A stretch of 44,844 nucleotides of DNA from Candidatus Margulisiibacteriota bacterium. GTDB lineage: Bacteria > Margulisbacteria > WOR-1 > O2-12-FULL-45-9. The notes below the pieces were generated by a model. It was not told where the DNA came from. It ran no database searches and saw only the letters and a list, made by a program, of their open reading frames with translations. Position 1 is the stretch's first letter, and each line of letters opens with the position of its first letter. The translations under genes were made by a program, and so were the position numbers. This document shows positions 36,523-44,844 of the stretch, piece by piece. The stretch is from contig JAYEOW010000016.1 in the NCBI GenBank assembly GCA_034723395.1, positions 1-44,844 on the forward strand, in the 5' to 3' direction.

Positions 36523-39042
36523 TTACCTGAGTTTTTTTAACATCTCTTTTGCGTAGGGGTTATTCGGCAAAAGCATCAATGCTTGTTCAAATTCCCTTTT
36601 TGCCTTTGCATGATCACCCTTCAAATAATAGATCCTGCCCAGTCCGTTACGGGCCATAACATTCTTTGGATCTGCGATCAAAACCTGCTGCAGGTCCGAA
36701 AAAGCCTTGCTGTTTAGCCCTCTTTTCATATTGATCTCGGCACGGAGCAGATATCCGGGACTGGATTTTGGGTCGATATCGATCATATCTTCGGCTACGC
36801 CCATTGATTCTTTTACCTTCCCATGCGAAAGATAAAGCCGACCCACCCTTTCTAAAATAATAAGGTTGGTCGAATATTTTCTTCTCGCTTCCTCAAAAAC
36901 CTTAAGCGTATCCCCAGGTCGTCCCAACCTCTTATTAAGACCTTCAAGAGACTGCATCGGCTGGGTCAATCCAGGATTAATAAAAAAAGCTTTTTTATAT
37001 CGTTTTATCGCGTCAAGTTCTCTATTTTGTGTTTCATAGATCAGTCCCAAGACGTGATAGACTTCGGCATAATACGGATCGATCTTTATCGCGATCTCGG
37101 CATGATTTTGAGCTTGGGCCAAGGCCCTTTGGTCTCCCATCTTATACAAAAGATAGTATATCTTTGAGAGGATATAGTAATTATCCGCGTTATACGGGTC
37201 TATGACCGTCCCATATTTTAAAGTCTCGATCGACTTATTAAGATATTTTTTTCTATCCGGTCGGGTCCTGGAAAGGTTCATATAGGCGATCCCCAGATGG
37301 GAAACGGTCCCTCCCTCGTAAGGAAAAACATCGAGCGATTTCTCATAACATTTAACTCCCTGATCAAGGTTGCGCAGCTGGACATTGACCTTACCTGTCT
37401 TGAAATGTACATCACCACGAAACGAAAAGAATGATATATATATTGCAATACCTGCCAAAACAATAACTCCGGCGATCGGAAGCCACGGGATATCCAGCCA
37501 ATTGATCTCTTTCTCCTGCCCTGCCTCAGGCTGGTTCTTTCCTATCACCATGATCATTGCCCAGATCATCCAGAAAAGAGAGGTAATCGCCACCACGCCA
37601 AAACTAAATTGATTCTGGATCAGGAATGCAACTGCCGCCGCTAAAAGCCCGGCCATCATCAGTTTCTCGCTCTGATCGTTAGTCAATCTAGACCTTACCC
37701 AACCGGTGCGAAAAACCATAAATAACAACCAGAGGTACACAAAGAATGTCACCAACCCCTTGGTAACACTCACATCAAATATCTCATTATGGGCCCGGTC
37801 TTGTTTAACATGAAAAGCTTCTTTAAACCTAAAGAGATCGGTCTCGTATCTGGGAAAAACCATTTTCAGTACTTCGGGACCGATCCCAAATACTGGATAG
37901 TTAGCGATGATCTGAAAAGAGCTCTTCCAAGTCTCCCCACGCGACCCTGCCGCCCCTTTCAGCTCCATCGTCCTCCCTGCCCCCTCTTTTTCGGTAGTTA
38001 TCTCATCCGAAAATCGCTTAAAAGGGGAAAACTGCGGATTTGACATTGTTATCCCTGTGATCAGAAAAATGGTAAAGGTTAAAGCGATGATCTTTTTCCA
38101 GTTGGCAAGGATCCATTTTCTCCCCGCAATTATCACAAACAGAGAAGCTCCGGTAAAAAGCCCCATATATCCGCCGCGGCTCTGGGTATAAAGGATACAA
38201 ACATAATTTAATATCAAGCCGATCCCGAGCACAGCATTCAGCACCCACGGATGCAGCTTATCGTACGAATAAGTAAACATCAAAGCGGATGCGGTAATAA
38301 CGATAAAACCGAAATACCAGAGCAATACATTATGCGCGTCCAGGCTATAGATCATGGCGATAAAAGTTACCTGGGTAAAGACAAAATAACCGACCGGGAC
38401 CAGCTGTTCCACCCAGTTGATCTTGGACGGGAAGTCCTGCTTCCTGATCAAGATCATGGCAAGATTTAAAAAGAAAGCCATCAACATGTAAGCAGCCAGG
38501 AAGTTCGGTTGCCCGATAGTTCCAATAACCCTCTGCCAGGTTATTACCCCGCCCCACATGTAAGGGTCCCAGCCATGCCTCTGAATAATTGAATAGACGG
38601 CCATTAGCGTAGCCGCCGAAACTACTGTAACAAACGCCCTTTTCAGTTGCTTGGTTGATCTTAAATAGTTCGTCACCACAAAGAAAAATAGCCCAAATAG
38701 ATACCAGCTGGTCAACCCTTCATAACGGCCATAGAATCCGACAAAACTCGTATAAACGTGGACCGAAGTTATGGTAGCAATAGTTGTACAAAGTAAAAAG
38801 GATAGGACCGGCCAATCAAGCGGGGTTCTGAAAAACCTATGTTTCTTTGTCACAATAAGTTTAATCGCCCAAACGCCTAAAAACACCAAGCCAAAAAGCC
38901 GCATCCAGGCGGTCTTAGTCCCCGAGAACACGATCCCTAACCGCCGGTCAAAGATCGTCGGCATAATAAAGATCACGATCAAGATCAGTATCTCTATTGC
39001 AAGATCAAAAACCTTTGATGAGTTCCATTTAATTTTTGTCAT
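36523..39042 (-). CDS. O-antigen-ligase (Wzy_C)-like membrane protein with C-terminal TPRs
   Basis: Many TM segments, GTIGQPNFLA, TQSRGG, R...W, FGIGP, DRAHN, TPR tail. Confidence 0.88.
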   Translation of the reverse strand: MTKIKWNSSKVFDLAIEILILIVIFIMPTIFDRRLGIVFSGTKTAWMRLFGLVFLGVWAIKLIVTKKHRFFRTPLDWPVLSFLLCTTIATITSVHVYTSFVGFYGRYEGLTSWYLFGLFFFVVTNYLRSTKQLKRAFVTVVSAATLMAVYSIIQRHGWDPYMWGGVITWQRVIGTIGQPNFLAAYMLMAFFLNLAMILIRKQDFPSKINWVEQLVPVGYFVFTQVTFIAMIYSLDAHNVLLWYFGFIVITASALMFTYSYDKLHPWVLNAVLGIGLILNYVCILYTQSRGGYMGLFTGASLFVIIAGRKWILANWKKIIALTFTIFLITGITMSNPQFSPFKRFSDEITTEKEGAGRTMELKGAAGSRGETWKSSFQIIANYPVFGIGPEVLKMVFPRYETDLFRFKEAFHVKQDRAHNEIFDVSVTKGLVTFFVYLWLLFMVFRTGWVRSRLTNDQSEKLMMAGLLAAAVAFLIQNQFSFGVVAITSLFWMIWAMIMVIGKNQPEAGQEKEINWLDIPWLPIAGVIVLAGIAIYISFFSFRGDVHFKTGKVNVQLRNLDQGVKCYEKSLDVFPYEGGTVSHLGIAYMNLSRTRPDRKKYLNKSIETLKYGTVIDPYNADNYYILSKIYYLLYKMGDQRALAQAQNHAEIAIKIDPYYAEVYHVLGLIYETQNRELDAIKRYKKAFFINPGLTQPMQSLEGLNKRLGRPGDTLKVFEEARRKYSTNLIILERVGRLYLSHGKVKESMGVAEDMIDIDPKSSPGYLLRAEINMKRGLNSKAFSDLQQVLIADPKNVMARNGLGRIYYLKGDHAKAKREFEQALMLLPNNPYAKEMLKKLR

Positions 39043-39043
39043 T

Positions 39044-40015
39044 TTATCTTGCTTTCAATCGCTCCAGATCGGCGTTAACCATCATTTCGACCAGTTGCTT
39101 AAAACGTGTTTTAGGTTCCCAGCCCAGCTTCTCCTTCGCTTTCCCATAATCGCCTTGCAGTAATTGCACTTCTGCCGGACGGTAGAACGATTCGTCAACA
39201 ACCACATGGTCTTCCCATTTTAACCCCACAAGATTAAAGGCGGCTTGCGCAAAATCTTTTACCGAATGTGTCTCTCCGGTCGCAATTACAAAATCCTCCG
39301 GTTTATCCTGTTGGAGCATGAGCCACATCGCTTCCACATAATCTCCAGCAAACCCCCAGTCTCTTCTGGCCTCTAAGTTACCAAGCTTTAACTTACCAGC
39401 TTTGCCAAGCTTAATCTTAGCTACACTGTCGGTTATCTTCCTGGTCACAAATTCAAATCCGCGGCGGGGTGATTCGTGGTTAAATAAGATCCCGTTGCAT
39501 CCAAATACATCATAAGCTTCACGATAATTTTGGGTAATATAATAACCGGCTGTTTTTGATATCCCATAAGGAGATCGGGGATGAAAATGAGTGTTCTCGT
39601 TTTGAGGAGACTCTCTAACCAGCCCGAACATTTCGCTGGAAGCGGCAAAATAGAACTTGCACTTCGGGGCTTTTTGTTTAACTGCTGAAAGTACGTGGAG
39701 GGTCCCATCCACATTTGTATGAAAGGTCGAGAACTCATCTCCGAAGGAATAATCGACAAAGCTCTGCGCCCCAAGATGATAAAGCTCCTGCGGCCTAATT
39801 TTTTCTACAATGTTAAAAATACTGGCATAACTTTCTAGTGATGCCGGATGTAATGTTAGCTTATCTAGGAGATGCCTTATTCTCCACAACCTATGTTCAG
39901 GATCTTCTAATGCCACCCTTCTTACTATCCCATGGACCTCATATCCTTTATCTAAAAGAAATTCAGCCAGATAAGATCCATCCTGTCCGGTTATTCCCGT
40001 AATTAATGCCTTCAC
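39044..40015 (-). CDS. gmd: GDP-mannose 4,6-dehydratase
   Basis: ALITGITGQDGSYL, PRSPYG, FNHESPRRG, FVTRKI, RDWG. Confidence 0.96.
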   Translation of the reverse strand: MKALITGITGQDGSYLAEFLLDKGYEVHGIVRRVALEDPEHRLWRIRHLLDKLTLHPASLESYASIFNIVEKIRPQELYHLGAQSFVDYSFGDEFSTFHTNVDGTLHVLSAVKQKAPKCKFYFAASSEMFGLVRESPQNENTHFHPRSPYGISKTAGYYITQNYREAYDVFGCNGILFNHESPRRGFEFVTRKITDSVAKIKLGKAGKLKLGNLEARRDWGFAGDYVEAMWLMLQQDKPEDFVIATGETHSVKDFAQAAFNLVGLKWEDHVVVDESFYRPAEVQLLQGDYGKAKEKLGWEPKTRFKQLVEMMVNADLERLKAR

Positions 40016-41106
40016 CTTACCAGCTCCCTGAATTTAGAAGTAATAAATTCTCTCATTTTATTTTTAAAAATCTCTTTATCAAATCCCTCTGCCCATTCAC
40101 GGATCTTTTTCTTATCAAAGGTCATAAACTGGAACTTTTTTATCGCATCGACCAACGAATCGACATCCTGCTTATCAAAAAACAGTCCGGTCTCACCATC
40201 CAGCACAGTCTCCTCCGCTCCACCCGCCCGGTAAGCAATTACCGGCCGGCCCGAGGCCATCGCTTCTACCGGGACAATCCCAAAATCCTCTTCACCGGGA
40301 AATATCAACGCCCGGCATTCGGCCAGGTTTTCGGCCAACTCCCTATCCGACACCCGGCCGAGAAATTGGATATTAGGATTAGCCATCCTCTCAAGGCTCA
40401 TTTTATCCGGCCCATCCCCAATGATCCTTAAGGGGAGATCCAGCTTATTAAACGCTTTTACTGCCAGGTCTATCCGTTTATACGCGTTCAGGCGGGATAA
40501 AACCAGAAAGTAATCCTGAGCCTGATTTGACGGCTGAAATAAAGAACACTCCACCGGCGGGATAATTATATCAGATTCCCTCCTATATGTCTTTTTAATG
40601 CGCTCAGCAATTATTTTTGAGATCGCGATAAAATAATCGACATTATCAACTGTTTCAAGGTCCCATTTTTTTAGCGGTCCAAGCACGATCGGCAGGATTT
40701 TTTTTATAAACTCGGGATACCCCTCCCTCCCCACATAATCATCATAACGCCAGACAAACCGCATTGGAGTGTAACAATAGCAGATATGAAGCTGCCCTTT
40801 CCTTTTTTTAATCCCTTTGGCAAACGCCGAGCTCGACGATAAGATCACGTCGTATCCACTAAGATCAAAGCTCTCAAATGCCAGCGGATAAAACAAAAAA
40901 TAATACTTGAACAGCTTAAATACAAACGGGAACTTCTGCATGAACGAAGTGCGAATATCCATTTCGCGAAAATTATCGGGCATCCGTTTTGCGTCGTAAA
41001 TTGAGGTATAGATCGGGGCATCCGGATACAATTCGCGCAAGGCAGAGATCACCCTCTCCGCCCCGCCAAACTGATTTAGGTAATCGTGAACGATCGCAAT
41101 CTTCAT
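40012..41106 (-). CDS. GT4 glycosyltransferase (mannosyltransferase-like)
   Basis: AIVHDYL.Q.GGAERV, YC.TPMR, EDFGIVPVEAMASG. Confidence 0.92.
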   Translation of the reverse strand: MKIAIVHDYLNQFGGAERVISALRELYPDAPIYTSIYDAKRMPDNFREMDIRTSFMQKFPFVFKLFKYYFLFYPLAFESFDLSGYDVILSSSSAFAKGIKKRKGQLHICYCYTPMRFVWRYDDYVGREGYPEFIKKILPIVLGPLKKWDLETVDNVDYFIAISKIIAERIKKTYRRESDIIIPPVECSLFQPSNQAQDYFLVLSRLNAYKRIDLAVKAFNKLDLPLRIIGDGPDKMSLERMANPNIQFLGRVSDRELAENLAECRALIFPGEEDFGIVPVEAMASGRPVIAYRAGGAEETVLDGETGLFFDKQDVDSLVDAIKKFQFMTFDKKKIREWAEGFDKEIFKNKMREFITSKFRELVR

Positions 41107-41945
41107 ATATATTCTTTCTCTTTTAGGTAAGCCTGCAAAGCCTCCTGCCAGGGGCGCAGATCATCCATCCCCAGTTCTTTAATTTTGGTGTTAGCCAATA
41201 CCGAATATTTAGGCCGTTTGGCTTTAGTTATAATCTTACCAGCAACTATTTTTTCAGGATTACGGTTTAATAATTTAAATATCTCGCGGGCAAACTCATA
41301 CCATGAGCAATCCCCGTTATTAACAATATGAAACAGGCCATACTTATTGGTTCTAGCTAATTGATCGATTTTCCTGGCTAGATCATAACTGTACGTTGGT
41401 GATATACGTTCGTCATCTACGACAGTCGCAGTTTCTTTTTTCACAATGTTATCAACGAAATTTGTTTTCCCCTTTTCCAAGCAACCCGCCACCCCATAAA
41501 GTCCAGTGGTACGAATAATAAAATATTTATCTAGACTATTTCTAACGACTTCTTCCCCCGCAAGTTTTGATTTTCCATACTTCGATAGAGGATTTGGCTT
41601 ATCCGATTCAACATAGGGAGAATTCTTTTTGCCATCGAACACATAATCGGTTGAAATATGGACCATCGCCGCATCGATCGCCTTACATGCATCCGCCACA
41701 TTTTTAACTCCATCCCGGTTTATCGCAAGGGCCAATTTACTGTCCTCCTCTGCTTTATCGACTTGATTATAGGCAGCGGTATTGATAACAACATTCGGAG
41801 AATACTTTTTAATAGCATCTAAAGTTTGCTGGCGATTAGTAATGTCGATATCTTTAATGGTTAGAGGAATCTGCTCTGCTTTGGGGATTACCTTACAAAG
41901 GTCAGTTCCAAGCTGGCCGTCAGCGCCGATGATCAAAATTTTCAT
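41103..41945 (-). CDS. rfbD: dTDP-4-dehydrorhamnose reductase
   Basis: [31 protein letters not shown]. Confidence 0.94.
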   Translation of the reverse strand: MKILIIGADGQLGTDLCKVIPKAEQIPLTIKDIDITNRQQTLDAIKKYSPNVVINTAAYNQVDKAEEDSKLALAINRDGVKNVADACKAIDAAMVHISTDYVFDGKKNSPYVESDKPNPLSKYGKSKLAGEEVVRNSLDKYFIIRTTGLYGVAGCLEKGKTNFVDNIVKKETATVVDDERISPTYSYDLARKIDQLARTNKYGLFHIVNNGDCSWYEFAREIFKLLNRNPEKIVAGKIITKAKRPKYSVLANTKIKELGMDDLRPWQEALQAYLKEKEYI

Positions 41946-43126
41946 TTCTTCTTTATCACATTTTTAAAGTGTCTTTTCCCCCGTTGAATGATTACAGGCT
42001 TTGAAACATCAATAACATCTTCTTCTCCGACTACTCTATCATCAACCTTAAATCCTTTTTGTTTGATTATTCTTCTCGCTTCAGATTTAGATTCAGCCAT
42101 TCCTGAAGCAGTCATTATCTCAACAGAAGGAGCAGAAAACCCAGAAAAAGAATCTTTTGGAATTTCAAACGATGGGATATTATCCGGATTATCTTTCTTT
42201 TTATGCACCCTCTCAAATCCCTCTCTTGCCTTTACTGCCTTTTCTTTATTATAAAACCTAGCAATCAATTCTTGCGCTAACAATTTCTTGGCCTCATTAG
42301 GATGCATCTTTTTTATGTCGTCAATAGAAATATCGGTTAATAATTTAAAATATTTCATCATCAACTCGTCAGATATCGACATGGTCTTGCCGAAAATCTC
42401 TAAAGGTGGTTCGGTAATCCCGATATAATTATCCAAAGATTTGCTCATCTTCTGCACACCATCTGTCCCTTCAAGCAACGGGAGAGTTAACACAACTTGC
42501 GGCTCCTGACCATATCTTTGTTGAAGAGTCCTCCCCATCAGGAGATTGAATTTTTGGTCGGTCCCGCCGACCTCGATATCCGCTTTTAAATGGACAGAAT
42601 CATAGCCCTGGAGAAGCGGGTACATAAATTCCAGCACCGAAATATCTGTCTCATTTTTAAAGCGCTCTTTAAAGTCTTTCCTTTCCAGCATGCGGGCAAC
42701 GGTGTATTGGGCAGATAATTCCAGGACCTTTTCCAGGTTCATTTTCTCTAGCCATTCGGAGTTATAAACAACTTTAGTCTTTTTCTCGTCTAATATTTTA
42801 AAGACTTGTTTTTTATAAGTTTTTGCATTTTCTTTCACTACTTCAGGCGAGAGCTGTTTACGAACATCAGATTTGCCGCTGGGATCCCCGATCCGGGCGG
42901 TAAAATCGCCGATAATAAAAACAACCTGATGCCCAAGGTCTTGAAGCTGTCGCAGCTTGTTTAAAACAACCGTATGCCCGATATGAATGTCCGGCGCGGA
43001 CGGATCAGCCCCCCATTTAATACGGAGCGGCCTTCCCTTCTTTAGCTTTTTAATAAATTCATCTTCAGGAATCAACTCTTGGATCCCAAGTTTAATAATT
43101 TTTAATTGCTCTTCAATATCTTTCAT
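41942..43126 (-). CDS. tyrS: Tyrosine--tRNA ligase
   Basis: [28 protein letters not shown]4 domain. Confidence 0.97.
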   Translation of the reverse strand: MKDIEEQLKIIKLGIQELIPEDEFIKKLKKGRPLRIKWGADPSAPDIHIGHTVVLNKLRQLQDLGHQVVFIIGDFTARIGDPSGKSDVRKQLSPEVVKENAKTYKKQVFKILDEKKTKVVYNSEWLEKMNLEKVLELSAQYTVARMLERKDFKERFKNETDISVLEFMYPLLQGYDSVHLKADIEVGGTDQKFNLLMGRTLQQRYGQEPQVVLTLPLLEGTDGVQKMSKSLDNYIGITEPPLEIFGKTMSISDELMMKYFKLLTDISIDDIKKMHPNEAKKLLAQELIARFYNKEKAVKAREGFERVHKKKDNPDNIPSFEIPKDSFSGFSAPSVEIMTASGMAESKSEARRIIKQKGFKVDDRVVGEEDVIDVSKPVIIQRGKRHFKNVIKKK

Positions 43127-44235
43127 TTACAACCCATCCCCTTAAGCACCTGGCGGATCATTTTAAACGGAACATCATCTCTAATGATCACTTTCCCAAT
43201 TCTATCGGGAAGGACAAAAAGCAGTTTTCCACCGCGGACCTTCTTATCGATCATCAATGCCTTGATTATCCGTTTCGCGGCCAAGCCATCAATCTCCGTT
43301 GGTAATCCAAGTTTTTCCAAAAGATTGCTAATTCTCTTAACCGCATCTTCGCCAATCATCTTCAGCCGATTGGCAATCTTCGCCGCCGCAACCATCCCCA
43401 TCGAAACTGCTTCCCCGTGGTTATAAGTTTTGTACTTAGTCAGGGTTTCAATCGCGTGGCCGATCGTGTGACCATAGTTTAGAATCATCCGGTACTTATT
43501 CTCCCGCTCATCTTTTGCGACCACCATCGCTTTTATCTTGGCTGATTCGGTAACGATAATTTGCCATACTTTTAAGGCAGCACGAAGGGTATCTTGCTCT
43601 TCGAATGCCTTGGTATTTAGATGGTGCGCATTCTCTTCCAAAAATGTAAAGAAGGCAGCGTCTTCAATAACACCATATTTTACGACCTCCGCTAAACCGG
43701 TCCGGATCTCTCTAGCTGGTAAAGAAGTCAAAGTTTGAATATCGATAAAGACCTGTTTTGGCTGGTAGAACGAACCGATCAGATTCTTCCCCTTAGGATG
43801 ATTTACCCCAGTCTTCCCGCCGATCGCCGCGTCTACCTGAGCCAATAGAGTTGTCGGCACTTGTATATAATTTATTCCCCGCATATAGGTCGCCGCCGCA
43901 AAACCAGCCAGATCGCCGATCACTCCGCCACCGAAGGCAATGATCAGCGAATCACGCGGCGCAGAATGTTTTGCCAGTTGATCGTAGATCTTTGAAGCGA
44001 TCTTTAAGTTCTTATAGCGCTCGCCGCGCGGGATATCGATCGTTTTGTAGGCAAATGATTTAAAACCTTTTTTCAATGCATCGCCATACAACTCTTTTAC
44101 TAGCGGATCGGTAATGATGAAGATATGGCTCCCCCACTCTTCGGTTTCGATCAGTTTTCCAAGGTCCTGAAGAATATCCGAACCGATAAAGACATCATAA
44201 CTTCGTTCTTTTAGATCAACCTTTATTTTGGGCAT
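43123..44235 (-). CDS. aroB: 3-dehydroquinate synthase
   Basis: [38 protein letters not shown]. Confidence 0.97.
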   Translation of the reverse strand: MPKIKVDLKERSYDVFIGSDILQDLGKLIETEEWGSHIFIITDPLVKELYGDALKKGFKSFAYKTIDIPRGERYKNLKIASKIYDQLAKHSAPRDSLIIAFGGGVIGDLAGFAAATYMRGINYIQVPTTLLAQVDAAIGGKTGVNHPKGKNLIGSFYQPKQVFIDIQTLTSLPAREIRTGLAEVVKYGVIEDAAFFTFLEENAHHLNTKAFEEQDTLRAALKVWQIIVTESAKIKAMVVAKDERENKYRMILNYGHTIGHAIETLTKYKTYNHGEAVSMGMVAAAKIANRLKMIGEDAVKRISNLLEKLGLPTEIDGLAAKRIIKALMIDKKVRGGKLLFVLPDRIGKVIIRDDVPFKMIRQVLKGMGCK

Positions 44236-44731
44236 TTATAAACTCCTCTATCTCTTTTACTTCCTGCTCAATTGTCTTTTTCGATGTATCGACAATAAGA
44301 TCAGCAGCTGCTTTGTAGATTGGCCCCCGTTGATCGAGAATCTTTTTTATCTCTGCTTCCGGACTGGAAACATTCAATAGCGGGCGATGGGTATGCTTTT
44401 TTATCCGTTCATAGATCGCTTCCGGGTCCGCCCAAAGCAGGATCAACGGACCGATATCCTTTAATATTTTAACATTTTCTTCGCGTAAAACCATCCCTCC
44501 GCCGGTCGAGATCACAAAATTGTCGTACTCTTCAAGGGCTTGAATAACACTGGTTTCAAGGCTTCTAAAATGCTCTTCACCTTTAGCCAGGAAGATATCG
44601 TTGATCGGCATCTTTTCGGTCTTAACGATTAGCTCATCGGTATCTAGATAGTCCATCTTAAGCTCTTTGGCCAGGCGATGGCCGACCGCTGTTTTTCCCG
44701 ACCCCATAAATCCGATTAATACTATGTTCAT
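44216..44731 (-). CDS. aroK: Shikimate kinase
   Basis: GFMGSGKT, GE..FR..E, STGGG, RPLL. Confidence 0.95.
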   Translation of the reverse strand: MNIVLIGFMGSGKTAVGHRLAKELKMDYLDTDELIVKTEKMPINDIFLAKGEEHFRSLETSVIQALEEYDNFVISTGGGMVLREENVKILKDIGPLILLWADPEAIYERIKKHTHRPLLNVSSPEAEIKKILDQRGPIYKAAADLIVDTSKKTIEQEVKEIEEFINAQNKG

Positions 44732-44844
44732 AGTTTAATTGCGCCCGTAGCTCAATCGGATAGAGCACCAGTTTCCTAAACTGGGGGTTGTGAGTTCGAT
44801 TCTCGCCGGGCGCAATTAAACTATGAACATAGTATTAATCGGAT
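44710..44844. repeat. Perfect 38-bp inverted repeat enclosing the tRNA
   Basis: 44710-44747 is the exact reverse complement of 44807-44844 (window end). Confidence 0.95.
44741..44814 (+). tRNA. tRNA-Arg (CCT)
   Basis: GCGCCCG/CGGGCGC acceptor stem, D arm GCTC..GAGC, anticodon arm CCAGT-TTCCTAA-ACTGG, GTTCGA T-loop; CCA not encoded. Confidence 0.95.

Noticed and set aside
41560..41588. Seventh sigma28-like match, GCAAGTTT-N13-TTCGATAG (+)
   Set aside because: The spacer is 13 rather than 12, and it is inside rfbD on the antisense strand.

Overview
Bacterial window, almost all genes on the minus strand. The gene set hints at a diderm, non-model lineage, possibly a Cyanobacteria sister group such as Saganbacteria or Margulisbacteria (weak inference, not demonstrated). 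Housekeeping blocks are rplY, mrdA-mreD-mreC-mreB-SPOR, ROK-hisH-hisA, NDP-sugar synthase-rpiB-pdxJ-ispF, aroK-aroB-tyrS running into a glycosylation operon, and tRNA-Arg(CCT). Between them lies a ~16.6 kb block (11192-27861) of mostly orphan helical proteins. The main signal is a sigma28/FliA-like promoter, (G/A)CAAGTTT-N12-(C/T)(A/C)CGATA(T/A/G), found six times with identical spacing: five times in the orphan block and once before a distant FliK-like/FlhB-C-like pair. The block encodes two paralogous 108-aa proteins with T3SS-needle-like C-termini, a 1838-aa protein of ~200-aa repeats with translocator-like hydrophobic hairpins, a GmaR-like TPR glycosyltransferase, a Ca-loop protein, a split coiled-coil/alpha-beta-hydrolase candidate effector and a PorV-like barrel. 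Together these suggest the exported-substrate module of an unusual type III export system; no export core genes or flagellin are in the window. Also present: a DUF559 mini-element with inverted ends and an 11-bp target duplication, an ISL3 right end, and a perfect 38-bp inverted repeat around the tRNA at the window end (probably an artifact).
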